DNA of 64,000 nt from Lama guanicoe (taxonomy: Eukaryota). The stretch covers positions 898,355 through 962,354 of the forward strand of contig MU055744.1 in the NCBI GenBank assembly GCA_013239625.1, read 5' to 3'. Within the stretch, counting starts at the first letter, position 1. Each line of letters begins with the position of its first letter. The notes under the pieces are model-generated. The model was not told the DNA's origin. It did not search any database and saw nothing but the letters and a program-made list of their open reading frames with translations. Below, in pieces: positions 23,254-35,860 of this stretch. A program made the position numbers and the translations under genes.

Positions 23254-24848
23254 CTGCGGAAGAGGAGCCGGCGTGAGGGGCCGGCGAGGCCCCCCACCCC
23301 ACGCCCGGTCCCGGGAAGGGACCACCTCATTGCCCAGTCCCCCTGCCTGAGCCGAGCCTTGGCAGGGAAGGGGGAATCTCTCAGGCAGAGGAAACAGCAG
23401 GCCAGTGCCTGGAGGCGGAAGAGTGCAGGGTGGGTGCAAAGACCCTGCAAGGAGACCCCAAGGGTGGAGACTGGGGATGAAGGGCCAGAGGCAAGACAGC
23501 AGCCAGGCGGGAGCAGGCTGAACAGGGCTTCGTGGGGCTTCCTCCAGGGGCGAGAGGGAACCACAGCAGGGCTTTAAGCAGGGAGGGGGGCTACAAGAAG
23601 GGGCCTGAGGATCAGCGCTGCCTCTGGCTGCAGCGGGGAACGAAGGTGGAGAAACCCCTGAGCTTGGATCAGGTCTGGGCTCCAGCAGGCCCTTCTTAGA
23701 CAGCTCCGACCTCCAGGGTGCCCACCATCAGCACCCACCGCCCAGAAAGAGCCATGCTAAAGCTGAGCCAGGGGCACCTGGTGCCCGGGGGGCAGGGCGG
23801 GAGGGAGGGAGGGGGCTCCTCAGGCCCTGCTGGCCGGCTCCCCGCCCCCCCCATGCCCCGAAGTTGCTGGTAAGAACTCTGGTGGGGCAGGGAAGGGGGA
23901 AGACAGCTGGGGGTACTCCGCTATTCTGCCACCGAGGACCCTCCGGAGCTGCGGGGCCCTATTAATTATTAACAATGTCTGTATTTCGGGGGGGAAGCTC
24001 CGGGCTTGGCTGCAACACAGCCTGCGTTTTAAAGGCAAAAATGCAGCTTAGAAGCTGGACCGAGGCCAGAGAACAAGCTGTTTTCTGCTGAGCTGGCGAG
24101 ACGGGCTGGGCCAGGAAGCCAGGAAAAACAGGAGGGCCTGCTGCCCCTCTGTCCTCCTCCTCCGGGAAGTTTCATTTAAACCAAACCAGATGAGGCTGAG
24201 CAGAAGCAGGACACGGTTAACCATGTGTGCGCCAGTCGGCAGGGTGGGCAGGGGAAGGAGGAGGCCTGGTCTCAGAGGCCCCCACCCCGTCCCAGAAGGT
24301 GCCCCTTGGAGGGGGGAGAATCAGGACTACAGATGCAGAATGCCAGGAAGCCACTCATGTTCTCCCTTCTCTTGGACCCCCACTGTGCGTCCGGCACCGT
24401 GGACCCGGAAATGAGACAATTCCAGCCCTTCTGGGGCCCACAGTCCGCCAGGCAAGAGAGCCAAGCTCTGCACTCAGACTGTGCGTGAGTTTGTAAAGCA
24501 CCTACTACGTGCTGGCGTCCATCCCTGCTGGGCGAGCGCGCTAAGGCCCTGCCTCCAGCAGTTCCCTTTGGCGAGAGGTGGAAAGCACTGCCTTTGTTCA
24601 TGGGCTCCACAGAGACAAGCACCTACTGTGTGCTGGCACCAGGCCCACCTCTGCTGGAGCCACAGGACAACGTGAGAGCATAGTGCTCGAGCCAGGAGAG
24701 CGCCTTGACTCCTGCCCTCGATGGAGGAGGGGTGCCAACTTCTAATTCACAGAAGTGCCCAGCGGGCAGGTGGTGGTCCTGCCCTGGGCAGGGGGTCTGG
24801 AAAGAGCCCTGGAGGTCCGTCCGGGCAGAGGCTGCGCCCAGGTCTCAC

Positions 24849-24954
24849 CTTCCCGGCTGCTCCGGGTACTTGTGTTTGCAGTACGCCTCCAGGGACGCGT
24901 AGACCTTCTCACGGAGCGCCTCCACCTCGGCCGGGTTCGAGAGCCCCTTGGAGT
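24849..24954 (-). CDS. RXRA: RXRA exon 9 (LBD helix 9)
   Basis: [36 protein letters not shown]; 106 nt; cccag| acceptor and |gtgaga donor. Confidence 0.98.
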
Positions 24955-26506
24955 CTGGGAGGGAGCAGGGCCTCAGGTCAGAGCTTGTCCCCGGGAAGGG
25001 GGCTGCCCCTGGGACCCACAGATCCTGCCCAGACATCGTGCCCTGTGCTTGAGCCCCAGCCCTGCCACGACCTAAGGCCAGTCCCCTGACCTCCTGTCAC
25101 TCAGCTGCCCAATCTGTAAAGTGGGACTGCTGCCCTGACCGCTCCTTGCTGCCATGGAGACTGGGCTGACGCCTGAGGCCTCTGCTGCACTGGCTCCCAG
25201 CCCCTCTGAGCTGGATGAAGGTTCCAAAGCCTCTCCTTGAAATAGCCGGACCCACGCTGCAGGGGGGCCTCAAGCCATCTTCAGCTCTGGGACCCTGGGG
25301 GTGGGTCCCAGTGTGGAAGGGGCTCCGCTGGTGGACAGGGATGCCTGGGACGAGGGCCAAAAAACCTCCAAGGCCCAGGACTGAGGACTGAGGACCGCAG
25401 GCTGTCCCCAGGTCACCTCGGCGGGCTGTCACAGGCCGCCCTGGAGCAGGCAGAGCCCCCAGCCAGGTAAAGCTTTGCTGAGCCTTCTCTTCGTCTCCCG
25501 TGGTTCCCCTACAAGCCAACGCCGGACCGACTTTTCTCTCTGCCCCCTGCCCCACAACAGCCACCACAGGAATCAGGATTCGGGCTCCCGCAGAGGAGTC
25601 TGGCCCCAGCCGGGCGTGGTCCATCCTGATGGCAGGGGGGCCACCTGCCGCTGGCCGGCAAGTGCTGCAGCCCCCTGGGGGCTGGGCCGTGGGGCAGGCC
25701 AGCTGCGAAGGCGTCTCTGAGCCCCAGCCCGGGGGCCCTGCCCCGGCCTGCCTGGCCCTCTGACATCCCAGCAGGGGCACCGCGCAGCTGCTCTCCACAG
25801 CCAGGCTCCCCGGGCCCTGGGGCTGTGCCCGCTGTGGCCGTCTCCCTTCTGTCCCCAGCGGCCCCAAACCCAGGCCCCAACAGGAGAACCAGCGCCCGCG
25901 GCCAAGCCACATAGGATTCCAACAGGGATCCCGCCGGGCCAGGCCAGGGCTCACAGCTCAGCTTCCCATCCTGGCAGGGTCACACGCCAGAGCACAAACC
26001 CTGTGAACAAACGCCCCTGGGAACAGCTGTCCCCACGAGGGGGCCGCGTCTCCACCCCAGCCGGCCCCTCAGTGCTGGAGCCAATGGAGAGCAAGGAGGT
26101 CAGGGCCCGCGAACCCTGGGGCTGTCCCACCCTCACCACCGCCTGCTTGGTTCCCTGCACTTCCCCCCAGAAGCCCGCAGCAGCCCTGAACCTGCCCCGT
26201 GTCCCGGTCCAGCCCCAGACCATCCGGGGTCCAGAACGTCAGCCGTGGAGGCGCATGAAGAGGCTGCCTCTCCTGGAGCCCGGATTCTGGGCCAGGTGGT
26301 GCCACGCTTTGGACAGTGCCCAGAAGGCCTGGCCAGAGGCATCCCGAACCACGGAGGATGAGCTTGGCCAACTGAGCCGTGCTGGACCCTCACAAGGGCC
26401 TCGAGAAGGCGGCACGGCTGCACCCCCATCCTAAGAGCGACATGGAGGCCGGGGGGGGGGCGGCTCGCCAACACAGCAGCACCAGCGGGCAGCGGGAAGG
26501 CAGTAC

Positions 26507-26598
26507 CGGGGTTGAAGAGGACGATGGCGCGCAGGCAGCCCAGCTCCGTCTTGTCCATCTGCATGTCCCGCATCTTGGACACAAGCTCCGTCAGCACC
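26507..26598 (-). CDS. RXRA: RXRA exon 8 (LBD helices 7-8)
   Basis: [30 protein letters not shown]; 92 nt; cctcag| acceptor and |gtactg donor. Confidence 0.98.
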
Positions 26599-27821
26599 CT
26601 GAGGGGGAAGCGGCCAGATCCAAGTCAGGCTGTGTCCCCCAGGGCCCCCCAGAAACCCCCGAAGGACTCCGGGAGCCCGACGTGGGCCTGGAGGGCAGCT
26701 GAGACGGGCCGACGGTCTCCACGCACAACCTGTCCGGTCCCAGTCCCAGGGTGAGTGCCTCTCCCCTCACCAGAAAGGGTCTGCACGTGGGACTTTACTC
26801 TGGGAACCTGGGGACGAAGGAGGACCTTCGTCTGAGGCGAGCCAGAGCTCAGCTGCAGACCAGGCACGGTCTGGCCCTGCTGCCCCCATTCCGACCGCCA
26901 CCTCGAGCCCATGGGAGGCCGTCTCCCTGGCTCCTGGCTCCTCCTGGTTGCTCCACTTCCCACCACCGGCCACTCATCACATGCCCTTCACCGTCGCCTC
27001 CCAGCATCTGGGACCCCTGGACGGCCGGCTGCTGCATGGCTGGGGCTGAGCTTGAAGACACCCCCCCAGAGGGACACGCTCCCCACAGGAAGCTCTGTGG
27101 GCAATGAACGCTGCCCCCCACAGCCCCCTTGGGTGGCGCCCCTGCACTTGCGTTTACTAAAGGCCCTGAAACGTCCTGCAGCAAAGACGTCTACACACTG
27201 TCTGCACCAGCGCCCGCCCGCAGTACGCGGCGCGTGGAAGTCAGAGGGGCGGCACAGCTCCCACACTTACCCCCAGGGGGCGCCGGCAGGGGACCCGTCC
27301 CTCCACCTCCTCCCCGGCCTGCTCCTTCCCCCTCGCCACTCCTGGGCAGCAGCCCCCCTCCGAGGGGCCCGCGCCGGCTGGCTGCGCCGACGCCCAGGTC
27401 CCCAGGGGCCCCAGGCCCTCTGGGCTCCCAGACAAGACCAGCCGGAGACAGGAACGGGCAGCTCCTGGCCGCCTGGCCTGGTGCAGCCGACGGGCTGTGC
27501 TTCCGAGAGCACCTGAAGGCCACGCCCGCCCGCCGACCAGCCCCAGGCCTCCGGGTGTGAGCTGAGAAGCGGCAGCGGCGCACAGAGGTGTGTGCTAGTC
27601 CCGGCTCAGAAGAGGCCCTGTCGTGGCTGATGTGACAGCCACCGTGAAACTGTATCCACGGCGTAATCTACCTTCGCTTTAGAAACAGTGCAGCCTTCCT
27701 CCCCACATGCAGGGTTTAAAGAGGGAATGGGCGGGGAATAAACCAAAATGCTAACTGTGGCTGTCGGGTCCCCCCATGGTCCACGTGCAAAACCTTCAGG
27801 AACAGGACGGACACCGGGCAC

Positions 27822-27954
27822 CTGTCAAAGATGGCGCCCACGCCCGCGCTGTGGGCGCTGTTGCGGTGGACGTGCAGCCCGGTGGCCAGGAGGATACCGT
27901 CCTTCACGGCTATGGAGCGGTGGGAGAAGGATGCGATGAGCAGCTCGTTCCAGC
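27822..27954 (-). CDS. RXRA: RXRA exon 7 (LBD helices 5-7)
   Basis: [45 protein letters not shown]; 133 nt; ccgcag| acceptor and |gtgccc donor. Confidence 0.98.
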
Positions 27955-28724
27955 CTGCGGGGAGGAGGTGCACGCGGTCACCGCTGTCTCCAGGCCCCCA
28001 GCCACCCAGCCCCCAGCCCCCAACCCCAGTTCAGACCTCCAAAGGCGGCTCTCACACACCCATCCCTCTGGGAACCCAAGCCAGGAATCCAGGGAACCCC
28101 AACCCCATGAACATTCCACAGAAAGGAGGTTCCCGAGCACTGGCGCCTGGGAGGTGCCTCTACAGTGCGCATGGGCACAACAAAGGCCCTGAGGAGTCCT
28201 GTGCAGAGCATCTCCTGAAGCGCAGTTGAACCCCAGCCCTCCCAAACTCGGGTGCCGGGGAAGTCTCTGTCTGCAAATGCAAGACGCTTGTGCCACAGAG
28301 CGAGAGGGAGGTCCCACGACCCTTTCTGGGCAGCCGCACAGCAGCTGCCACCAGTCTGGTCCCAATGGCAAACTCCCAAAGATCGGCACGTGCTGCGTGA
28401 ATGCCACAAAACAGGAAGTTATTAAACTGAAAAAAGGCATCTTGGAGCCACAGGCCAACTCACGCTCCCTGTAAGTGAGGCCCTGGCGTGCACAGACCAG
28501 AGTGGGTATGAGGGCTGGGAGCAGGGAGGGGAACAACTCCGTGCTCAGACGCTTCAATGCTGCTGTGAACTGGAGCACGTGAACCATCTCCCCTAAGGAC
28601 ACCACTAGTGACTGTCACGGCCACCACTCCCGAGGGCTCCAAAGGGTCCAGGCTCCATGGCTGACAGACAGTATCATGTGGATCATCCCACCTAATCCTG
28701 ACTCAACCCGACAAAGCAAGTACC

Positions 28725-28790
28725 TGCCTCATTTTACAGAGGGGAAAACTGAGGCCCAGGGAGAGGAAGGGGTTGCCCCGTCAGAGAATC
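28725..28790 (-). mobile_element. MIR core fragment
   Basis: cctcattttacagaggggaaaactgaggcccagggagaggaaggggttgccc. Confidence 0.65.
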
Positions 28791-29464
28791 GGGAAGAGAC
28801 CCCAGCGCCTCTTCGACAGCCTCCCCTGATGGCTCTGGGTGCTGGGTTTTAGAGTGAAAGCTCTTCAGGGCTGGGCTGCCCCCCAGCACAGGCCTGGGGC
28901 ACGCTGGTCAGGAGGCGGCTGCTGAGGGGGCTGCAGCCCTCTCCCCGCGCCTCCCAGCTCATCCGTCCCTGCTGTCCCTCCGGCAGGAACTTGCACCCTG
29001 GATCCCAGCCTCACAGCGGGCACCGGCTTCCCCTCGGCACGTCCGTCATGACCACTTCTGGGACTCAGGCCTGACCCCACGCCCAAAGTGGACGCTCCCC
29101 ACAGCGGCCCGGCACCCCCGTGGGGCCCCGCTCAGTCTCGGGAGATGTGTGTCACAAGCACAGGCCAGGAAAGGGGAGGAGGCAGAACACACAGACCCCT
29201 AAGGGCAGCCCCTGCTGCACACGCCTCCTTCTCCACGGCCCCTCCAGACAGCCCTTTACCTCTCTGAAGGCCACCAGCAGAGACCCCAAACTTACTATGC
29301 CCCTATGAGGCAGGTGAGGGAAACTGAGCTGGAGGGGGCAGTGCTGGAGCAGGACCCCGGCCCTGGGTCCCCAGGCACCCTCCCCCCTACAGCCCCACAC
29401 AGCAGGAGAGAGGGGTTGCCCCAATCCCGTCCCTGCATCCCCGCCCCCCAGGCCCGCCACTCAC

Positions 29465-29594
29465 CTGCCCTCAGCAGGATGACCTGGTCGTCCAGGGGCA
29501 GCTCGGAGAAGTGCGGGATCCGCTTGGCCCACTCCACCAAGGTGAACAGCTGCTTGTCCGCCGCTTGGCAAATGTTGGTGACGGGGTCGTTGGG
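29465..29594 (-). CDS. RXRA: RXRA exon 6 (LBD helices 3-4)
   Basis: [43 protein letters not shown]; 130 nt; ccccag| acceptor and |gtgagt donor. Confidence 0.98.
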
Positions 29595-29666
29595 CTGGGG
29601 GAGGGGCACGCAGTGAGCGCCACAAGGAGAGCGTGGCCCCAGACCAGGCCCCCCATGCTCTACCCA

Positions 29667-30060
29667 TGGAGGCGGAACAACACCCCCCAGGACATCCTCG
29701 TCCTCACTCCCAGAGCCAGCAAATACACCACTAGTGACAGCGAAAGGAGCTCTGCAGACGCGATCGAGGTACAGGTTTTGAGGAGGGAGGTTATCCCAGA
29801 AGAGGTGGGTGGGCCCAGTGTCATCACGAGGGTCCTTACAAGAGGGAGGCTGAGGTCAAGGAGAAGATGCTGCCGGCCATGAAGTTAGAGGAAGGGCCCG
29901 GAGCCAAGGAGCAGGGGGGCCTCCAGAGCTGGGAGGGGCCAGCACCGGTGCCCAGATGTGGCCCAGAAATACTGATTTCTCCAGGAGCATAAGATAGGAA
30001 AATCCGTTGTTACAGGCACATAGGGTGTGGTCATGTGTCCCAGCAGACACAGGACAATCG
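29667..30060 (+). mobile_element. MLT1 (ERVL-MaLR) solo LTR in intron 5
   Basis: aaaggagctctgcagacgcgat...gggaggttatcc...ggtgggcccagtgtcatcacgagggtccttacaagagggagg...gagccaagga...ataagatagg match MLT1D-like blocks. Confidence 0.75.
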
Positions 30061-32204
30061 CCCCGTGTTGTGACCCACTGGGTCCACACTGCAGCCCTGG
30101 GGGGCAGTGCCGGGCGACTTCGCGTCCCAGACCAGGGAACCGAGACACGGGAGAGCGTGTGGGGCCGGGATGGGCTCCGCCAGCCCCGCCGGGTTGCTTC
30201 TTCCTACCAGACACAGAGGTGGAGCGCAGAACACTGCGGTGCACCAGAGGCCCTTCCAGAAAGGTCTAGCCAGGAGGTGCCGCCCTGGACATTCTTACAG
30301 ACCAGGAAAGCCAGGCGGGCCTCAGTGTCCCAGCCTGTGGGGCTCGGAAGGCGAACCCTCTGGGTCCTGGGGGGACCAAGGCTGGTGCACCGGATGCAGG
30401 AATCCCTCATTCCAGAAACCACGACAGCCGGCGTCCACGTGAGGGAAGGCCTCCTCCAAAGAGCCTCCTCTGACAGAAACCATCTGCCCTCCAGTGACGC
30501 TCAGTCTAAACAACCCGGCCCCACGCAGGGCCTGCCGAGGGCTCTCGTGGGAGGCCCAGCGACAGACTGGCACGAGGCCAGCAGGGCAGACGAGGCGGGC
30601 ATGCAGAAAGGGGGCCTGGGGCCAAGGGAGGGCAGCAGTCGGGGTCCCCGCAGACCCCAGGGGGAAGGGTGGGCCAGCACTGGCACGCAGACTCCCCCGA
30701 AGTCACCTTCACACAGAAGTCCCTGAGCTGTAGGGGGCTGGCACACGTCCTACAGGGCATCCCCTCCTCCGTCCCCCTGCCGTCTGCTCCTCTGAGAACC
30801 TTCTAGGAGCAATGACCAGAAGCCTGAATACTTGCCAGCCCTGAACACCACGTATCTGGCTCAGGTCACCTGTGGGCACACCCCCGCCCCATGCCACCTG
30901 ACACAGGACGGCAGCCACAGTAGAGGCTGGTCTGCACGGGGTGGCACCCCAGCAGCGAGCGTGCCAGGGCCATGGCCAGGCTCCACCCCGCAGGGCCCCA
31001 GCGGTTTTCTGCCATGTGCAGACCTGGACCTGCTCCCTGCCTTTCCATACCACAGGCGGCCCTCCGACGTGAGAGCCCGGGCCAGGGGGATGGGGGCCCG
31101 GGAGAGCTGCACAGCGGGGAGGCAGAGGATGTGGGGAAGGCCGGACAAGAGCCCCAGACTGGAGCCCTTGGATAAGGCCTTCTCCCTGGCCACTGGCAAG
31201 CACCCTCTCCGAGTCCTCCAGGGGCCCAGAGCAGGCCGGGGGCACAGGATGGCACCCTGAGCCCCTCCCAGGCAGGATGGGGCCTCAGAGGTGGGCGCCA
31301 GGTCATGTCTAGAACTGAGAACAAGGGGTGTCGGTGCAGGGGGTGCAGGGCTAGGCCCTGGGGGCTCCCCAGGGGGAGGGGGCCCTCCCGGGGAAGGGGG
31401 CTCCAGGTCCACCCTGCTCCATCCTGCAGAGCAAGTGCTTAACTTCTCTGAGCCTAGATTCCCACCCAGAGACAAAACAGGCCTCACCAGAGAGCAGGCA
31501 TCACCTGAGCTCCCGCCCCGTGCCCAGTGCAGGGGCCTTCCCTGTCCTGGGCAGTGACAGCGGGACCCCTAGGGCTCCAGGGGTACCAGCTGCGGCTCGT
31601 GCTGTGGGTCTGAGGGGAGAGGCCTAATGAGACATCCTCAGAGGGGACCAGGTACCCTGCGGGAGGGCAGACCATGCACAGAACCCCCACCCAGCCAGCC
31701 CGCCCACCTGCCATAGGGGAAACCGCCCTCCTGGTCTGCATTCGTGGAGAGAGCAGACAGCAGACTTGTTTTTCCCAAATAATGTCCTTACTTGACAAAA
31801 TTAAAAGCTGGCAGACCTCTGAGATCTCCTAACTTTCCCGTTGGAGTCTCTGCTCAATCATGAAACTCACAGCGGGCCTCCCCCACCCTCCCTGGGACTG
31901 GAGACGGGGTGTAGGGTGGGGCTGGGACATGGGCCACACAGCACTGTTGAGCATCCAAGCCAGAGAGGGAGGTCAGCCATTCCACAACCAGGGGCGGCAC
32001 CCCCAGAAGGAAGGGGTCTGACGGGCCGTGGGCCTGGGGCACCAGGCCTCCCATCACAGGGGTGCAGAGGAGCAGCGGTGCCCTGAGACCACAGGCAAGA
32101 TGGGACCCCCACACTCAGACTGTGGCTGGGGGTCACAGTGAACACCTATGGTTGGGACAGGGTCTCCGTCCCTGACTGCAGCTGGGCAGTGAGGGCAGCC
32201 TCAT

Positions 32205-32274
32205 GGTGGGGAGGGGGAACCAGCCGCCACACCCCCCACGGTGGGGAGGGGGAACCAGCCGCCACACCCCCTAC
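32205..32274. repeat. Tandem duplication, 2 x 35 bp
   Basis: ggtggggagggggaaccagccgccacacccc(c/t)ac-type unit twice, with one mismatch. Confidence 0.9.
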
Positions 32275-32349
32275 GCTCGGGGCCCTGGTGGGCAGCCACA
32301 GGGGCTCTGAGCCCAAATAACAGGGCTGCTGGGGGGGGGGGTCAAGAGG

Positions 32350-32560
32350 GAAAGGGCTCCCTGAGGAAGTGACCCTTTTCTGAGACTGAAGCCTGAGTGG
32401 GAATAGTGAGAGCAGCATGTGCAAAGGTCCTGGGGCTGGGCAGGGAGCGTCCAGTGCAGCAGAACGTCAGTGGGTGTGGGCCTTTGTGAGCCAACGACAG
32501 AACAGAGGGAGGGAGGCCAGGGTGACCTCAGGGCCAGCCTGGGCAAGGTCTCCAGAGCCA
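32350..32560 (-). mobile_element. L2 fragment
   Basis: gggctccctgaggaagtgacc...ctgaagcctga...cagcatgtgcaaaggtcctgggg is a typical L2 reverse-strand signature. Confidence 0.5.
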
Positions 32561-32832
32561 GCCATAGGGCTCCGGCCCCAGCCCTGAACCCACACAGGAG
32601 ACACAGATGAAGTCTGGACCCAACATTGCCTGCAAACCTGGGGCAGACACAGAACCCCTGAAACCGGCTGGACAATGGGCCAGAGATGCAGGTAGCTTGA
32701 ATGTTAAATGTAGAGTCCTGGGCTTTGAACCGAGCAATCAAAACATCATCCACCCGACTGGGAACCAGCCAGCGGGGCCGTGACCAACGGGGTTCCCCAG
32801 AGCAGGGTGGGCGGGGGCGGGAGTGCACTCAC

Positions 32833-33002
32833 CGAGCTGGGGTTCAGCCCCACATTCGCCTCCACATACGTCTCGGTCTTGGGCTCCACGGCCAGCTCGG
32901 CCTCCAGGATCTTCTCCACCGGCATGTCCTCGTTGGCGCTGCTCGTGGACTCCACCTCGTTCTCCCCCCGGTCCTTGCCCCGCTGCCGCTCCTCCTGCAC
33001 GG
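32833..33002 (-). CDS. RXRA: RXRA exon 5 (T-box/hinge, LBD helix 1)
   Basis: [57 protein letters not shown]; 170 nt; ccag| acceptor and |gtgagt donor. Confidence 0.98.
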
Positions 33003-33224
33003 CTGGAGCACGGGGAGGCCGCCGGTCAGCCCACAGCTCCTGCCGCAGCCCCTCCGCTGCCAGGGGCCAAGCAGCGCCCACCCTGAGCCAGCCCGTCCAC
33101 AATGTCGGCCAGAGCCAGGGAGACTGACGCTGCTCGGAGCTGGCCAAACCACAGCCAGGTCTCTGCCCCATGCCTGGCCTCCCAGTGGCTGTGGGCCCTG
33201 AGCACAGAGCATGCCACTTCTCAT

Positions 33225-33480
33225 TAACTCACTCAACTACTGTTCACACCAAGACCCACCCAGGACCAGCACAGTTGGGGCCTGGCGCTCGGGGAGCTGA
33301 CGGTTCAGCAGGAACCCAAACATGCAAGGAGAAGGGCTCTGATAGGCTATAGACTCGGGCAAAGCCAGGAAGGCTTCCCGGAAGAAGTGGCAATGAAACT
33401 GAAGAAGCAGGGAAAACAGGGGTAACAATTCAGGCAGAGGAGGCAGCATACACAAAGGGCCAGCACCAGAGCAGAGATGC
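33225..33480 (-). mobile_element. L2 3' fragment
   Basis: tcattaactcactcaac...aggaaggcttcccggaagaagtggca...caggcagaggaggcagcatacacaaaggg. Confidence 0.55.
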
Positions 33481-35749
33481 TGCTGCCCCAAGGCCTCCCA
33501 TACCAGCTGCAGAGTCACAACAAGGGGTACAAGCATGGGGAGCAGGGCCGGGCACCTGGATGGGGTCCAATGTGTCCCAGGAAAGGGACAGGAGGGGACG
33601 CAGATCCCTGACAGGCCCCTTCTACTGCAGGGAGGAGAGGCGCCAAACCCAGGCATGAGTCGGGCCGCCCTGGGCTGGCCTGGCGGGGGCCGGGGCAGGG
33701 GACAGGCGCAGCACGGGGGTGGAGGACCGAGCAGATGGTGTGGTCAGCGGGGCGGCCTAGTTTCTGGGAACCCAAGGAGAGAAGCTGATGGGAAGGGCTC
33801 ACTTCAACGCTGTCCCCAAGGGGACCACACGGAAGGAAGGTCAAGGGGACTGGGCACCCCACAGCTGGGCGTTCATAGACCCTCGACTTTGTGGCCTGCG
33901 CAGCTCAAGCCGCCCTCTCCCAAGAGGGGCCGGGCTCACTCCATGCCGGCACCCCAGAGCTTCGGGAACTAAGCGGCACCACACTCATCCTCGGGAGGTG
34001 GCACGGGAGGTGGCACAGGAGGTGGCCACGAACCACCGTGTGCCCCAACTCCCAGACCACTCCTGCGGGGATGGACCTCAAGGCCTAGAGCGACACACGT
34101 GAGAGCAGGAGGGCCTGCGGCATCCACAGGCCCCGCCCCCCACGCCCGGGACCAGCCAGACCTGGGCTGAGCCCCGCCCCACCCCAGCTTGGGACCAGGC
34201 CTCATGGCGGCCACTCCTCCTGCCCCCTGGGGACCGTCCTGCTCCCCAGCCACACTCAGAGCCACGGCACCAAGAGGTCCTGGTCAACGGCCCACCCCGG
34301 GGGACCTGAGGATAGGATGTTCCGACAGAGGCTGGTGACCGTGTGGGAAGCTCCAGGTCAGCTAGCGCACAGGGGCTGACTCAGGCCGGCTGACTGCGAC
34401 AGCTGCAAGCACCCTGGCCTGGAGCCCAGCCTCTGGTCAGCCCTGGAGGTGGGGGCTCAGCAAAGAGGCCACAGGGCTTTCCAAGGACACCCACCTCCCT
34501 CGTCCAGCCCTAGTCCCACCCAGGTCTCCCTCTCCTTATTTCTCACCCATCCCAGAGTTTTGCCCCCCAAACCAGCCCGAACACCCTCCCCACTGAGCCT
34601 CAGCCCGGCACCCCAGCCCTCATTCTCCTGGGGGAGCTTGCTCTCAGCCCCCTCCTCTTTCCCGGTCCAACATGATAGGCCAAGCTCCCAGAGGCCGGGA
34701 GGGTGCGGCCCCCGTGGGGCCCCCCACGTGCCAGCGCCTCTCCAGGCCTCAGATGGGGCTCACCCTCCCCTGCAGGACATCTCTGCCGGGCAGAAATGGT
34801 TCCGCATCCTCGCTGACATCAGCTGCCACGGGACTGCCCCCGTGCACCTCCAGACCCACCCTGCCTGCTCCAAAGCCCAGGCTGGGGCTCTCACTCAGGC
34901 CGCTCACCCTGGGCAAATGCAGAGGACCAGCCGGAGGAAGGCGGGGCCCCACCCCGCCCAGCCTTGTTCTCAGGACTCCGCAAGCCCCCCATCCCCTTCT
35001 TCCAGGCGGGGGGGGGGAGAGGGAGGGCCCCCCGCTGCTGCTGCCTGGGGATCCTGCAGGCCTGAGTGGTTCTGTAACAATGCACATAGGTCCCTCTCCA
35101 CCACGCCATGCCAAGGGCTTCCTGCCGGCCTGCTGACACCCATTCAGAGAATGCTGGGTCCGTCTCTGCCCCCCTCCAGACTGCGGGGCTCCCTGAGCCC
35201 TTCCTGCATCGACAAGTGGCCATCTGCAGCCACCCCCTGCCAGGGCTGCACCAACCCAGGACCCAAACACTGACTCAGGTGAGGGGCTTCCCATCCGTGG
35301 GGGAGACTCAGACACGGCCCGGCCAGCACCTCAGGTTGCACCAGCCGGGCCAAAGAGCCAGGCAGGAGGCCTGGAGTTTTTGCAAGCCTGGTGCTTCTGG
35401 AAAATCTGACAGCCGGTGGGGCTTGGCGGGGAGCTCAGGCTGGCTGGCCTGACTCTGGCCGCTCCCCACATGGGGTGCTGGGCTAGAGCGGGCACCTCCT
35501 CACAGCACCCTCTGTCACAGGGGACGGGGTCACAGGCCAGCAGAGCCCACCCTGTGGGAGGCTGGTCTGGGCTGGCATCCAGGGTGACCCTGAGACCTTA
35601 GAGGATGGGGTCCCTGGTGTCTGCCCCTGGACAGAATCCTAAACCCTCAGGAGCTAGGACACAGCTAAGGGGTGCATCTCACCACGTGGGGAGACAGTGC
35701 CGGAGGGGTGAGGCTGGGCCCCCAGGAGAGCGGACAGCTGAAAGCTCCA

Positions 35750-35860
35750 GGCTCCAGAGTCAGACCCTGCTCTGCCCAATAGCTGTGTGGCTCTGGGTGA
35801 GACCCTGGCCTCTCTGTGCCCCAGTTTCCTCAGCTGTAGAATGAGAACGACACGCTGGCC
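35750..35860 (+). mobile_element. MIR fragment
   Basis: ccagagtcagacc...agctgtgtggctctgggtgag...ctctctgtgccccagtttcctcagctgtagaatgaga. Confidence 0.6.

Noticed and set aside
23140-23577. Antisense ORFs overlapping RXRA exons (also 26512-26754, 27831-28229, 29305-29616, 32780-33127)
   Set aside because: Shadow frames caused by high GC3 in the true exons; no independent evidence.
26599-26630. RXRB-like alternative exon 8 acceptor adding four residues
   Set aside because: No AG 12 nt upstream of the acceptor.
33993-34030. Short tandem repeats (3 x about 12 bp gggaggtggcac; also about 52349-52371 and 61999-62020) as CRISPR-like arrays
   Set aside because: No spacers, no cas genes, mammalian context; ordinary slippage repeats.
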